Assembly: GCA_017993235.1 (NCBI GenBank)
Contig: JAGONC010000016.1
Coordinates: 5,072 to 69,071, forward strand
Direction of reading: 5' to 3'
From: Lentimicrobiaceae bacterium
GTDB taxonomy: Bacteria > Bacteroidota > Bacteroidia > Bacteroidales > JAGONC01
Length of the DNA stretch: 64,000 nt
A program made the translations under genes and the position numbers. Positions 10,437 to 19,712 of the stretch are shown piece by piece (the first letter of the stretch is position 1; each line of letters begins with the position of its first letter). The notes beneath the pieces were generated by a model. The model saw nothing but the letters and a program-made list of their open reading frames with translations, did no database searches and was not told where the DNA came from.

Positions 10437-10898
10437 ATGAACGACCTGCCAGTTTTAAATTTCCCGGGATATTCACTGCAAATCCAGGAGCAGGAAGGCC
10501 AACGGATCATTTTTGACATCATCCGGAGGCGATATGTGCACCTCACGCCTGAAGAATGGGTAAGGCAACACATGATTCATTTCCTCATCAGCCAGAAACA
10601 CGTACCCCCTACCCTGATCGCGGTCGAAAAAGTACTGCGTGTCTACAAATTGAAAAAGAGACTGGATATTGCCGTATTCAATTCAGCCGGCCAGCCACTG
10701 TTGCTTGTGGAGTGCAAATCCCCCGATGTGATCCTTTCACAGACGGTATTTGATCAGATCGCAAGGTACAATCTCTCCCTGAACGTCAGGTATCTGGTAG
10801 TCACCAATGGAATGGTTCATTATTGCTGCCAGAGGGATGAGTCGTCCCGGTCATGGAATTTCCTGACCGAAATACCCGATTACCATCAGATGCAGTGA
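10437..10898 (+). CDS. stand-alone HsdR N-terminal-domain (PD-(D/E)xK-like) protein
   Basis: 153 aa with the core RLDIAVF...LLLVECK. Resembles the small 'type I restriction enzyme HsdR N-terminal domain' family common in Bacteroidota. Starts 7 nt after the HlyD stop. Confidence 0.65.
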   Translation: MNDLPVLNFPGYSLQIQEQEGQRIIFDIIRRRYVHLTPEEWVRQHMIHFLISQKHVPPTLIAVEKVLRVYKLKKRLDIAVFNSAGQPLLLVECKSPDVILSQTVFDQIARYNLSLNVRYLVVTNGMVHYCCQRDESSRSWNFLTEIPDYHQMQ

Positions 10899-10948
10899 TC
10901 CTTGCCGAATTTTGTCGGTATAAATTGTTGCATATTTGATTAAAATAT

Positions 10949-10956
10949 TACATTTG
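10949..10956 (+). promoter_or_regulatory. -7 promoter box TAcaTTTG
   Basis: Exact TAnnTTTG match, with the ATG at 10977 lying 21 nt downstream. Confidence 0.5.
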
Positions 10957-10976
10957 CATAGGTAAAAATCTTCATT

Positions 10977-11576
10977 ATGAAAAAGACAATTCTTCAGATA
11001 GTGTTACTGGCCATTGCTGTTTTTCTGGCTTACATGATCTATGAGAGCATCATGCGACCGGTTCGCTTCAACAAGGAGCGTGACCTGAGGACGACCGAAG
11101 TTATTCAGAACCTCAAGGATATTCGTGGTGCCCAGATCGCCTATCGCTCTATTTATCAGAAATATACAAAGAGTTTTGATACATTGATTCATTTCATCAA
11201 TACCGGCAAGATCCCGGTGGTCAAGATGGTTCCCGATCCAACGGACACCACCTTTACACGTTCCATCCGGGATACCATCGGATACATTCTGGTCAAAGAT
11301 TCCCTTTTTGCCAAAAGGCAAGGATTTGATGTGAACAATCTTCGTTACATACCCTACTCGAACAGGGAGACCTTCACGATGGACGCCGGACAGATCGAGC
11401 GCAGCAAGATCATGGTCAACGTGTTTGAAGCCTATGCGATGAATAGCCAGTTCCTAAAAGGTCTGGATAATCAGCTTGTCAGCAATTACAACGACCTGCT
11501 GGAATCCACCCAGCGTTTTCCCGGCCTCAAGGTAGGATCAATGGAAGAGGCCACCATTGACGGGAACTGGGAGTAA
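10977..11576 (+). CDS. hypothetical membrane-anchored protein
   Basis: 199 aa with an N-terminal signal-anchor (KKTILQIVLLAIAVFLAYMIY). I recognise no domain. Confidence 0.6.
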   Translation: MKKTILQIVLLAIAVFLAYMIYESIMRPVRFNKERDLRTTEVIQNLKDIRGAQIAYRSIYQKYTKSFDTLIHFINTGKIPVVKMVPDPTDTTFTRSIRDTIGYILVKDSLFAKRQGFDVNNLRYIPYSNRETFTMDAGQIERSKIMVNVFEAYAMNSQFLKGLDNQLVSNYNDLLESTQRFPGLKVGSMEEATIDGNWE

Positions 11577-11590
11577 GCCCTGTTTCCGCG

Positions 11591-12463
11591 ATGACTCCCT
11601 CCGTTTCGCCGGATCTGAACATTCTCGACGAATCGCTTGATGAAAATCGGGCACATTCCTGCAGATTAAGCATTCTGGTTTCCCCTGGACAGATTTCGCT
11701 GGTCGTCATGGATATCCAGCAAACCCGGTACCTGGCTGCCCAAATATTCAGGTTTCCCGAACCGTCAGGTGCAGATGATTTCAGCCGGCTTCTCCGGGAG
11801 ATCACCGCAACCGATGTCCTCTCATGGCATTTCCGCGACGTCAGGATTTATGTTTCCAACCGGCTTTATACACTGGTTCCGGCTCCGCTATTCGATCCTT
11901 CCCTTAAGGAATCATACCTGAAGTTCAACCTCAGCGGATTGCCGGGAGATGCTGTTTATTTGAATGACCGGCTTACCGCAATGGACGCAATGTCGGTCTA
12001 TGCTGTCCCCCGGTGGCTGAAGGAACAGCTGACCGCTACCTTTGGCCCCGCTCCCCTGCACCATGCCATCAGCCCCTGGATCGAATCCATCCTGATGGGT
12101 TATAAGTACACGGTCAGTGATCCCGTGGCATTTATTCATATTCAGGCTGGCCTGTTCGATCTGCTGATACTGGGGCCTCATAGCGTAAATTTCTGTAATT
12201 CGTTCCTGTACAAGACAGCAGAGGATGTTCTGTATTATACGATGTTCGTGCTGGAACAACTGCAGTGCGCTCCTGAGCAACTGGTTTTGCATGTGATGGG
12301 AGAGGTAGGTAAAAATGCCCCTGTGATCGAACAACTGGGCGCCTATATCCCCCGGCTAGATTTTGCATCCCGTAACCCGTCGTTCAGCTATTCAAACCCC
12401 TTTGATGAAATTCCCGGTCACTATTTCTTTAATCTTTTAAATGCCGTGCAGTGCGAATTATAG
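11591..12463 (+). CDS. hypothetical soluble protein (possibly DUF3822 family)
   Basis: 290 aa, lying directly upstream of rsmD and overlapping it. That position matches what I recall for the Bacteroidota DUF3822 family, but the assignment is not verified. Confidence 0.5.
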   Translation: MTPSVSPDLNILDESLDENRAHSCRLSILVSPGQISLVVMDIQQTRYLAAQIFRFPEPSGADDFSRLLREITATDVLSWHFRDVRIYVSNRLYTLVPAPLFDPSLKESYLKFNLSGLPGDAVYLNDRLTAMDAMSVYAVPRWLKEQLTATFGPAPLHHAISPWIESILMGYKYTVSDPVAFIHIQAGLFDLLILGPHSVNFCNSFLYKTAEDVLYYTMFVLEQLQCAPEQLVLHVMGEVGKNAPVIEQLGAYIPRLDFASRNPSFSYSNPFDEIPGHYFFNLLNAVQCEL

Positions 12464-12984
12464 GGGGATACCTGAAGGGAAGAAAGGTTGTTCCGCCGGG
12501 AAACCTGTCGGTGCGCCCCACGACGGATATGGCCCGGGAAAGTCTGTTCAATATCCTCACCAACGTATTTGATTTTTCTGGTATTCATGTTCTGGATCTG
12601 TTCTCCGGAACAGGGCTTATTTCGCTTGAGTTTGCTTCCCGGGGTTGCAACAACATTGTGGCGGTCGATATTCATCCAGCGTGTGTGGCATTTTTGAAAG
12701 ACACAACCCGCCGCCTGCAGGTGGAATGCATACAGGTAACCCGAATGGATGTATTCCGGTTTTTGAAAAAAAAATCGTTATCCGGATTTGATATCATCTT
12801 TGCCGACCCGCCTTACGATCATCCCCGGGTAGGGGAACTGCCCGACATCGTATTCAATTCCGGACTTCTTAACCCTCAGGGATGGTTCATCGAGGAGCAT
12901 TCAGCCCGTCATACCTTTGCTGCCCACCCCCGGTTTTACCAACATCGCAACTATGGCGATGTAAATTTTACCATCCTCAAATAA
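12451..12984 (+). CDS. rsmD: 16S rRNA (guanine966-N2)-methyltransferase
   Basis: 177 aa with a GTG start overlapping the upstream stop. RIIGGxxKGR, RPTxDxxRESLFN and DPPY motifs. Confidence 0.85.
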   Translation: MRIIGGYLKGRKVVPPGNLSVRPTTDMARESLFNILTNVFDFSGIHVLDLFSGTGLISLEFASRGCNNIVAVDIHPACVAFLKDTTRRLQVECIQVTRMDVFRFLKKKSLSGFDIIFADPPYDHPRVGELPDIVFNSGLLNPQGWFIEEHSARHTFAAHPRFYQHRNYGDVNFTILK

Positions 12985-12988
12985 AGGA

Positions 12989-13456
12989 TCAGTGAAGGTA
13001 GCCGTGGAGGGCATCAGGAATGAAAGGATTCGGGTCGCCATTATTCCGGATAATGTCCCTTACGATGGAGGAATTCAAAGCTGTGAACTCCGGTGTGGCC
13101 AGCAGGAAGACCGTCTCAACATCGGGATAAATCTGCTTGTTGATTTGTCCGATACTTCTTTCAAATTCGAAATCCGCTGATGTCCTCAACCCACGGATAA
13201 TAAAATGCACCCCTTTCTGCCTGCAGTAGTCCACGGTCAGCCCCTGGTAACTCTCAACGGTGATCATGGGATAGTCATGGAACACTTTCATGATCCATTC
13301 CATACGCCTATCCAGAGGGTAAAAATATTTCTTTTCAATATTCTGGCCGACAGCGATGATGATCTCATCAAAGACGGAAAGAGCTCTCAGTACGATGGAT
13401 TCATGACCCCGGGTAATGGGATCAAATGAACCGGGAAACACAGCGATCTTTTTCAT
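12989..13456 (-). CDS. coaD: phosphopantetheine adenylyltransferase
   Basis: 155 aa with the KIAVFPGSFDPITRGH nucleotidyltransferase motif. Confidence 0.95.
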   Translation of the reverse strand: MKKIAVFPGSFDPITRGHESIVLRALSVFDEIIIAVGQNIEKKYFYPLDRRMEWIMKVFHDYPMITVESYQGLTVDYCRQKGVHFIIRGLRTSADFEFERSIGQINKQIYPDVETVFLLATPEFTALNSSIVRDIIRNNGDPNPFIPDALHGYLH

Positions 13457-13472
13457 GACATGGAATTTTAAA

Positions 13473-13480
13473 CAAAGATA
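13473..13480 (-). promoter_or_regulatory. -7 promoter box TAtcTTTG (coaD)
   Basis: The reverse complement of caaagata is TATCTTTG. It lies 17 nt upstream of the ATG at 13456. Confidence 0.55.
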
Positions 13481-13498
13481 GAAAAAGCAAATTTATCT

Positions 13499-13506
13499 TA
13501 TCTTTG
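13499..13506 (+). promoter_or_regulatory. -7 promoter box TAtcTTTG (pyrE)
   Basis: Exact match 26 nt upstream of the ATG at 13532. It is divergent to the coaD box. Confidence 0.55.
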
Positions 13507-13531
13507 CCGGTCGATAACCATATCCTATTCC

Positions 13532-14173
13532 ATGGACTTACGAAATGATGTTTCGGACAAGATCAGCGAATTTCTGTTGTTGATCAAAGCTGTCAAACTG
13601 AACGTTGCAGAACCTTTTACCTGGGCGTCGGGGATACGGTCTCCCATTTATTGTGATAACCGTGTCACCCTTTCTTATCCCAGTATCCGCACCTTCATCC
13701 GGCAGGCCTTCGCCAGGGTGATCACCGATGAATTTGGCACCGTAGACCTCATTGCCGGAGTGGCCACAGGGGCGATTGCACATGGAGTGCTGGTGGCAGA
13801 GGAACTGGGTCTGCCCTTTGTTTATGTCAGGACATCCAAAAAAGATCATGGCCTTGAAAATGTCATTGAAGGTAAAATAACTCCCGGACAATCGGTGGTT
13901 GTCATTGAGGACCTTATCTCAACAGGAAGTACCAGCCTTAGCGCGGTAAGATCACTCCGTGAGCAGGATTGCAAGGTCAAGGGCATGGTGGCCATCTTTA
14001 CCTATAACCTGGCCAAAGCGATCCGAAACTTTGAAAAAGAGGACTGTATCCTTTTTTCCCTGACCGATTATGACAAACTGATCCAGAAGGCCCTCGAAGA
14101 GGACTATATCCGGGATGAGGACCTGAAAGCACTGAGAGACTGGAGGGAAAATCCGGAAGCGTGGGGAAAGTAA
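13532..14173 (+). CDS. pyrE: orotate phosphoribosyltransferase
   Basis: 213 aa with PRPP-binding loop VVVIEDLISTGST. Confidence 0.9.
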   Translation: MDLRNDVSDKISEFLLLIKAVKLNVAEPFTWASGIRSPIYCDNRVTLSYPSIRTFIRQAFARVITDEFGTVDLIAGVATGAIAHGVLVAEELGLPFVYVRTSKKDHGLENVIEGKITPGQSVVVIEDLISTGSTSLSAVRSLREQDCKVKGMVAIFTYNLAKAIRNFEKEDCILFSLTDYDKLIQKALEEDYIRDEDLKALRDWRENPEAWGK

Positions 14174-14184
14174 CCTGATGGGAA

Positions 14185-14616
14185 ATGAAAGTCATTGAAA
14201 GTGAGACCGTAGTCATTCATAAACCTGCCCAGGAGATCTATTCCTTTCTAAGTAATCTGAATCATTTCAGGGATCTGATGCCCCCCCAGGTGGTCAACTG
14301 GCAATCCACGGATGACACCTGTTCATTCACCATCCAGGGAATGACCGACCTTTCACTGCGACTGGCCGAAAAGATACCGTTCAGCAGGCTGGTCATCCTT
14401 CCGGAAGGCAAGCCACCCTTTCCATTTGAACTGAATTGCTACCTGGATGCTCAGGAGGACCAGACTGAATCCCGGATCGTCTTTCAGGCTGATCTGAATC
14501 CTTTCCTCAGCATGGTGGCACTCGGTCCGCTAAGGAATTTTGTCAATCTGCTGAATAATAAACTCCGGGAACTGGCCGAGCATGATTTCCGGGAATTGAA
14601 ACACGAATCTTCCTGA
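14185..14616 (+). CDS. hypothetical protein, SRPBCC/START-like
   Basis: 143 aa. Size, alternating beta pattern and pyrE-adjacent position suggest an SRPBCC family protein. Not verified. Confidence 0.45.
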   Translation: MKVIESETVVIHKPAQEIYSFLSNLNHFRDLMPPQVVNWQSTDDTCSFTIQGMTDLSLRLAEKIPFSRLVILPEGKPPFPFELNCYLDAQEDQTESRIVFQADLNPFLSMVALGPLRNFVNLLNNKLRELAEHDFRELKHESS

Positions 14617-14626
14617 ACGTTCTCAT

Positions 14627-15382
14627 TCAAAGGATGTAGGTGATCTCCTTTGGATTGGAACGGATCATTTTTCCGTCCGTTGTCGTCACGACAAGCCGTC
14701 CCATTTCGTCCACATCTTCAATTTTTGCCACAATCTGCCTGCTTTGGTACTGGAAAGGAAAATAACTGCCAAGCCTGAATTGATGACGAAAGTACTCATC
14801 ATCCATCTGTATAAAACAGCCCTTTTTTAACTCCTGGTAGCGCCTGTCCAGGCAATAGCAGAGATCCGTCAGGCACCGGCTCAGGTCAAAGTCCCTTCCG
14901 GTGGCGTTTTTCAGCGACACAGGATTGGGAGCCCCGCTGAGGAAGGTTTGCTGGTTGATGTTGAGACCAATGCCCAGAACCGTGCTGACAAGGGATGAAC
15001 CGAGGATCATGTTATTGATCAATATGCCCGCTGCTTTTTTGTTGCCGATATAGAGATCATTGGGCCACTTGATCGCCACGGGTTCTGTGACTGGTAGACG
15101 ACTGACGTAATCGAACAGTCCGAGGCTTGCCATCTTATTCAGCATAAACTGATACTCCAGGGGAAGGAAGTCAGGATACAGGATAATGCTGAAGGTCAGG
15201 TTTTTCCCGGGTTCGCTTTCCCAGGTATTCACGTCCGCGCCCTGACCCGCATACTGATTGAGTGCAACCACCACGCATCCTTCAGGGAAGCTATGCTCCT
15301 TCATCTCTTTCAGGACAAAGGCGTTGGTGGAACTAATACGATCCAGGCACACAATCCGGCTGCCAATGATCTGTTTGGCCAT
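14627..15382 (-). CDS. birA: biotin--[acetyl-CoA-carboxylase] ligase, class I (no HTH)
   Basis: KWPNDLY..KKAAGIL and GIGLNIN motifs. I prefer the ATG at 15382 because it lies 25 nt downstream of a TATCTTTG box. The listed TTG at 15409 falls inside that box. Confidence 0.8.
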   Translation of the reverse strand: MAKQIIGSRIVCLDRISSTNAFVLKEMKEHSFPEGCVVVALNQYAGQGADVNTWESEPGKNLTFSIILYPDFLPLEYQFMLNKMASLGLFDYVSRLPVTEPVAIKWPNDLYIGNKKAAGILINNMILGSSLVSTVLGIGLNINQQTFLSGAPNPVSLKNATGRDFDLSRCLTDLCYCLDRRYQELKKGCFIQMDDEYFRHQFRLGSYFPFQYQSRQIVAKIEDVDEMGRLVVTTTDGKMIRSNPKEITYIL

Positions 15383-15406
15383 GACCCGTAAATTGATTCC
15401 GCATGA

Positions 15407-15414
15407 CAAAGATA
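15407..15414 (-). promoter_or_regulatory. -7 promoter box TAtcTTTG (birA)
   Basis: The reverse complement of caaagata is TATCTTTG. Confidence 0.55.
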
Positions 15415-15445
15415 CGTTTATGTTAAAAAGGGTTGATTATTTGCG

Positions 15446-15453
15446 TAATTTTG
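15446..15453 (+). promoter_or_regulatory. -7 promoter box TAatTTTG (rsfS-ftsH operon)
   Basis: Exact match 28 nt upstream of the ATG at 15481. Confidence 0.55.
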
Positions 15454-15480
15454 CAAACGAATAATTTTCAGGTTAAATCC

Positions 15481-15861
15481 ATGGCCCGGACCCGGAGTAA
15501 GAAGGATAATGCAGAGGAATTGAGCGAACGGATTGTTGAGGGTATTCAGCAACGAAAGGGAAAGAACATTGTCCGTCTCGACTTCTTCGGTCTGCATAAT
15601 GCGTTTTGCCGGTTTTTCATTATCTGTCATGGTAATTCCAGGACACAGGTAGAGGCTATCGCTGATTCTGTGGATGAACAGGTAAAGAAATCTCTCGGAA
15701 TGGATCCCTGGCACAGTGAAGGTTATGAAAATGCGGAGTGGATCTTACTGGATTATGTTGATGTAGTGGTTCATGTTTTTCAGGAAAAGACCAGGAAATT
15801 TTACCGTTTGGAAGAGCTGTGGGCTGATGCCCTGACAAAAGAGTTCACCTCAGAGGATTAA
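15481..15861 (+). CDS. rsfS: ribosome silencing factor RsfS
   Basis: About 126 aa from the ATG at 15481, with RsfS/IojAP-like core FFIICHGNSRTQVEAIADSV...WILLDYVDVVVHVF. Lies immediately upstream of ftsH. Confidence 0.85.
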   Translation: MARTRSKKDNAEELSERIVEGIQQRKGKNIVRLDFFGLHNAFCRFFIICHGNSRTQVEAIADSVDEQVKKSLGMDPWHSEGYENAEWILLDYVDVVVHVFQEKTRKFYRLEELWADALTKEFTSED

Positions 15862-15863
15862 AA

Positions 15864-17942
15864 ATGAACAGCAGAATGGCAGAAGAAAACAAAGACAATC
15901 CAACACCTCCACGCATACCCAAGCCAAAGACCAATAAACCCAAATTTAACTTTTATTGGATTTATGCCTTTTTGGCCATCATCTTTTTCGGGACTTACTT
16001 TCTGAACTACAATACAGAAACCAGGGAGATCAGCAATTGGGGTGAGTTCAGGAAAATGCTTCAGGATGGTGATGTGGAACGCATCATCCTGATCAACAAG
16101 GATTATGCTGAGGTGTATATTAAACCTGACAGCCTCTCAAAAGACATTCATAAAGATATTAAGGTTTCCAATTTCCGCAAGAGCACAGCTCATTACAAGA
16201 TCACTATCGGCTCGGTAGAGACCTTCAATAATGATGTCATGACTGCTCAGGAAGGCATGGAGAATCCGGTTTATGTTGAATATCAGAACCGGCGAAACTG
16301 GGGGGGGGATATTTTAAACTGGCTGTTGCTGATTGGTTTCATTGCCATTGGGTGGATATTTCTGATGCGAATGATGAGCCGCGGTGCCGGCGGTGGAGGT
16401 CAGATCTTTAACATTGGCAAATCAAAGGCAAAACTATTCGATCGTGATACCACGGTTACGGTCACCTTTAAGGATGTGGCAGGACTGGAGGAAGCCAAGA
16501 TTGAGGTGATTGAGATCGTTGATTTCCTGAAGAATCCAAAAAAATATACTGAACTGGGAGGTAAAATACCCAAAGGCGCTCTGCTGGTCGGACCACCGGG
16601 GACCGGTAAAACATTACTGGCCAAGGCAGTGGCAGGCGAGGCGCAGGTACCCTTCTTTTCCATTTCCGGATCGGATTTCGTGGAAATGTTCGTCGGAGTG
16701 GGTGCATCCCGTGTTCGCGATCTGTTCAAACAGGCCAAGGAAAAAGCTCCCTGTATCATCTTCATCGATGAGATTGATGCCATCGGACGTGCCAGGGGAC
16801 GGAATCCCATCACCGGTGCGAACGACGAAAGGGAAAATACGCTTAACCAACTCCTGACGGAGATGGACGGTTTTGACACCAACACAGGGGTGATCATTCT
16901 TGCTGCCACCAACCGTGCTGACATTCTCGACCGGGCCCTGCTCCGGGCTGGACGCTTCGACCGCCAGATCATGGTAGAACTGCCTGACCTGAAAGAACGC
17001 GAAGAGATCTTCAAGGTACATATGAAACCCCTGAAAGTAGACAATACTATCAATGTTGAGTTTCTTGCACGACAAACACCGGGCTTTTCGGGTGCTGACA
17101 TAGCCAACGTATGCAATGAATCAGCCCTGATCGCCGCCCGAAAGGGAAACAAGATCATCACCCGGCAGGATTTCATCGATGCCATCGACAGGATTGTCGG
17201 AGGACTCGAAAAAAGAAACAAGATCATATCCCCTGAGGAGAAACGGGTGATTGCATTCCATGAAGCCGGTCACGCCGCCGTAAGCTGGCTGCTCGAACAT
17301 GCACATCCCCTGGTGAAGGTCACCATTATCCCCCGCGGGAAATCCCTCGGCGCTGCCTGGTACCTGCCCGATGAACGCCAGATCACTACCATGGATCAGA
17401 TGCTGGATGAAATGACAGCTACCCTGGGCGGAAGAGCGTCGGAACAGGTCAATTTTGGAAAGGTTTCCACCGGAGCGCTCAACGATCTGGAAAGAATTAC
17501 TAAACAAGCCTATAATATTATCGTATATTTTGGTCTGAATGACAAGATCGGTAACATATCCTATTATGATTCCACCGGCCAGCAGGAATATTCCTTCCAG
17601 AAGCCTTACAGCGAGAAAACAGCCGAGCTAATAGATCTGGAAGTCAAAAAACTGGTCGAAAAAGCTTATCGCAGGGCACTGGATCTTATTGAAAAGAAAA
17701 AGGATAAAGTTGAACAACTGGCCAATTTCCTTCTCGAAAAAGAAGTGATCTTCTCCGAAGATCTGGAAAGGATATTTGGGAAAAGGCCTTTCGCAAAACC
17801 TTCCCAGAGCATTGCTTCGGAAATTACCTCTCCGGACAGCGAGGAATCTGCCCTGGAAAAACAGCAGACGCCCACACCCGGGGAAACGACCGTGGTGACC
17901 GAATCCCCAGCCAAAATGGCACCTGCAGGTGAGTCATCGTAA
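15864..17942 (+). CDS. ftsH: ATP-dependent zinc metalloprotease FtsH
   Basis: 692 aa with two TMs, Walker [12 protein letters not shown], Walker B IIFIDEID and zinc site HEAGHA. Confidence 0.95.
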   Translation: MNSRMAEENKDNPTPPRIPKPKTNKPKFNFYWIYAFLAIIFFGTYFLNYNTETREISNWGEFRKMLQDGDVERIILINKDYAEVYIKPDSLSKDIHKDIKVSNFRKSTAHYKITIGSVETFNNDVMTAQEGMENPVYVEYQNRRNWGGDILNWLLLIGFIAIGWIFLMRMMSRGAGGGGQIFNIGKSKAKLFDRDTTVTVTFKDVAGLEEAKIEVIEIVDFLKNPKKYTELGGKIPKGALLVGPPGTGKTLLAKAVAGEAQVPFFSISGSDFVEMFVGVGASRVRDLFKQAKEKAPCIIFIDEIDAIGRARGRNPITGANDERENTLNQLLTEMDGFDTNTGVIILAATNRADILDRALLRAGRFDRQIMVELPDLKEREEIFKVHMKPLKVDNTINVEFLARQTPGFSGADIANVCNESALIAARKGNKIITRQDFIDAIDRIVGGLEKRNKIISPEEKRVIAFHEAGHAAVSWLLEHAHPLVKVTIIPRGKSLGAAWYLPDERQITTMDQMLDEMTATLGGRASEQVNFGKVSTGALNDLERITKQAYNIIVYFGLNDKIGNISYYDSTGQQEYSFQKPYSEKTAELIDLEVKKLVEKAYRRALDLIEKKKDKVEQLANFLLEKEVIFSEDLERIFGKRPFAKPSQSIASEITSPDSEESALEKQQTPTPGETTVVTESPAKMAPAGESS

Positions 17943-17962
17943 TCATTACCTGCTGCAATCCC

Positions 17963-18610
17963 ATGGAAGAAAGCACGTCAAAGGAGAAGGTTCTGAAGAA
18001 CATTCGCAATGCATTGCTGTCAGGGACCGAGGTACCCTTTCAGGGCGCAGATACTGACCTGCCGCTGTTCCATTCCCCGGATGAATCACTGGATGTTGTT
18101 TTTGCCCAGGCGTTTAAACGGGCTGGGGGAATGTTTGTGTACTGTGAAAATGAGAAGGAACTGGTTTCAAGCCTTATGGTCATTCTCGAAGATCTCCACG
18201 AACAGGAACTTTTCTGCCAGGAAAAAACGATCGGGGAGTACCTTGTGAAGGCCGGTGTGTCGTTTTGTTCCGATCCGCAGGACCTCCCGGCAAGCAAGAT
18301 CAGCATTACCAGCTGCGAAGCCCTTGTGGCACATAGCGGAAGTATTGTGATTTCATCCGCTCAAACCGGTGGAAGAAAAGTATGTATCTTTCCCGATGCT
18401 CATATTGTCGTCGGATTTGCTTCACAGCTGACACGCGATCTGCAACAGGCATTGGTGTACCTCAGACACAAATACGAGCCTGATTACCCGTCACTAATCT
18501 CTGTGATCACGGGACCCAGCCGTACCGCTGACATTGAAAAAACCCTCGTAATGGGCGCTCACGGTCCCAGAAACCTGTACCTGTTCTATGTTGATCATGC
18601 AGATCATTGA
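17963..18610 (+). CDS. LUD-domain protein (LutC/YkgG-like)
   Basis: 215 aa. N-terminal KEKVLKNIRNAL and overall pattern resemble the lactate-utilisation LUD family. Confidence 0.7.
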   Translation: MEESTSKEKVLKNIRNALLSGTEVPFQGADTDLPLFHSPDESLDVVFAQAFKRAGGMFVYCENEKELVSSLMVILEDLHEQELFCQEKTIGEYLVKAGVSFCSDPQDLPASKISITSCEALVAHSGSIVISSAQTGGRKVCIFPDAHIVVGFASQLTRDLQQALVYLRHKYEPDYPSLISVITGPSRTADIEKTLVMGAHGPRNLYLFYVDHADH

Positions 18611-18688
18611 TCAGTGCTCAAAATTGTGATATCTTTGCCGGCTGATGCGGATTACCATCTGAAACAACGTACCGGATACCTTACCGAA

Positions 18689-18892
18689 ATGAGCAACTGG
18701 ACGATCATTTACAGCTCGAATCAGCTTTACAAGGCGGAACTCATGAAACAACTCCTGGCGGAAAACGATATTCAGGCCTTTCTGGTCAATAAAAAGGATT
18801 CCGCCTATCTGTTCGGTGAGGTTGAGGTATATGTCAACGTGGAAGACGCATTTCGTGCCCGTCAGATCATCATTAAAAGTGAAAGTGAATAA
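18689..18892 (+). CDS. DUF2007-like small protein
   Basis: 67 aa from the ATG at 18689, with the pattern LLAENDIQAFLVNKKDS...VEVYVNVEDAFRARQII. The longer GTG-initiated form from 18614 is less likely. Confidence 0.55.
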   Translation: MSNWTIIYSSNQLYKAELMKQLLAENDIQAFLVNKKDSAYLFGEVEVYVNVEDAFRARQIIIKSESE

Positions 18893-19706
18893 TTTTACAC
18901 AAAGAACAATCACCGGAATCCTGTTCGTGATCGTTATGGTGGGTTCCATTGTGCTTCATCCGTTTGCTTTTGGCGCCCTGTTCCTGCTGGTTACCATTCT
19001 TGCGCTGATCGAATTCTACCGACTGAGCTGGACCGACGATCATAAACAGGGCATGTTCACCGGTCTCACAGGGGGTATCCTCCTTTATGGCCTTGTTTTT
19101 TTCGTCGCAAACGGGATCCTGCCGCCCAGAACTCTGATCGTGCTGTGGATGATCATTCCCCTGGTGGTGATCACAGAACTGTTTTCGGCGAAATCCCGAC
19201 CTTTTACCCATATTGCCTTTACCCTGCTGGGTGTAGCGTATGTTGCACTTCCTTTGTCAGTGCTGAACGCTTTTTATTTTTACGGATTAAACCAGCCTGA
19301 ACCTTCCTATGCGTTTTTGCTGGGTTATTTTATCATTTTGTGGCTCTATGACTCCGGTGCCTATCTCGTAGGTAAATTCACGGGCAAACATTTGCTGTTC
19401 CATCGTATTTCACCCAAAAAGACCTGGGAAGGCATCGCTGGAGGATTGACCGTGGGGATTCTCGCAGCCTGGGGTATTTCCCGTTTTTTTACCCAGCTAT
19501 CCCTGGCTGAATGGATATTCCTGTCAGTACTGATCATTGTTTTCAGTACCTTTGGTGACCTGGTTGAATCCATGCTCAAGCGCAGCGTTGATGTAAAGGA
19601 TTCCGGCACACTGTTGCCGGGGCATGGAGGCATACTCGACCGATTTGACGGTGTTTTGCTTTCAGCACCGGTGGTTTATATGTATCTTTACCTGGTACTT
19701 AATTAG
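18879..19706 (+). CDS. cdsA: phosphatidate cytidylyltransferase
   Basis: Multi-TM protein with CTP_transf_1 signature SMLKRSVDVKDSGTLLPGHGGILDRFDG. The start (GTG at about 18879) is uncertain and overlaps the previous gene. Confidence 0.85.
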   Translation: MKVNNFTQRTITGILFVIVMVGSIVLHPFAFGALFLLVTILALIEFYRLSWTDDHKQGMFTGLTGGILLYGLVFFVANGILPPRTLIVLWMIIPLVVITELFSAKSRPFTHIAFTLLGVAYVALPLSVLNAFYFYGLNQPEPSYAFLLGYFIILWLYDSGAYLVGKFTGKHLLFHRISPKKTWEGIAGGLTVGILAAWGISRFFTQLSLAEWIFLSVLIIVFSTFGDLVESMLKRSVDVKDSGTLLPGHGGILDRFDGVLLSAPVVYMYLYLVLN

Positions 19707-19712
19707 ACCAAT

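Noticed and set aside
10437-10898. The HsdR N-terminal-domain protein considered as a remnant or component of a type I restriction-modification system.
   Set aside because: No HsdM, HsdS or helicase portion of HsdR lies nearby. The 153-aa protein is complete and matches a stand-alone family that is widespread in the phylum.
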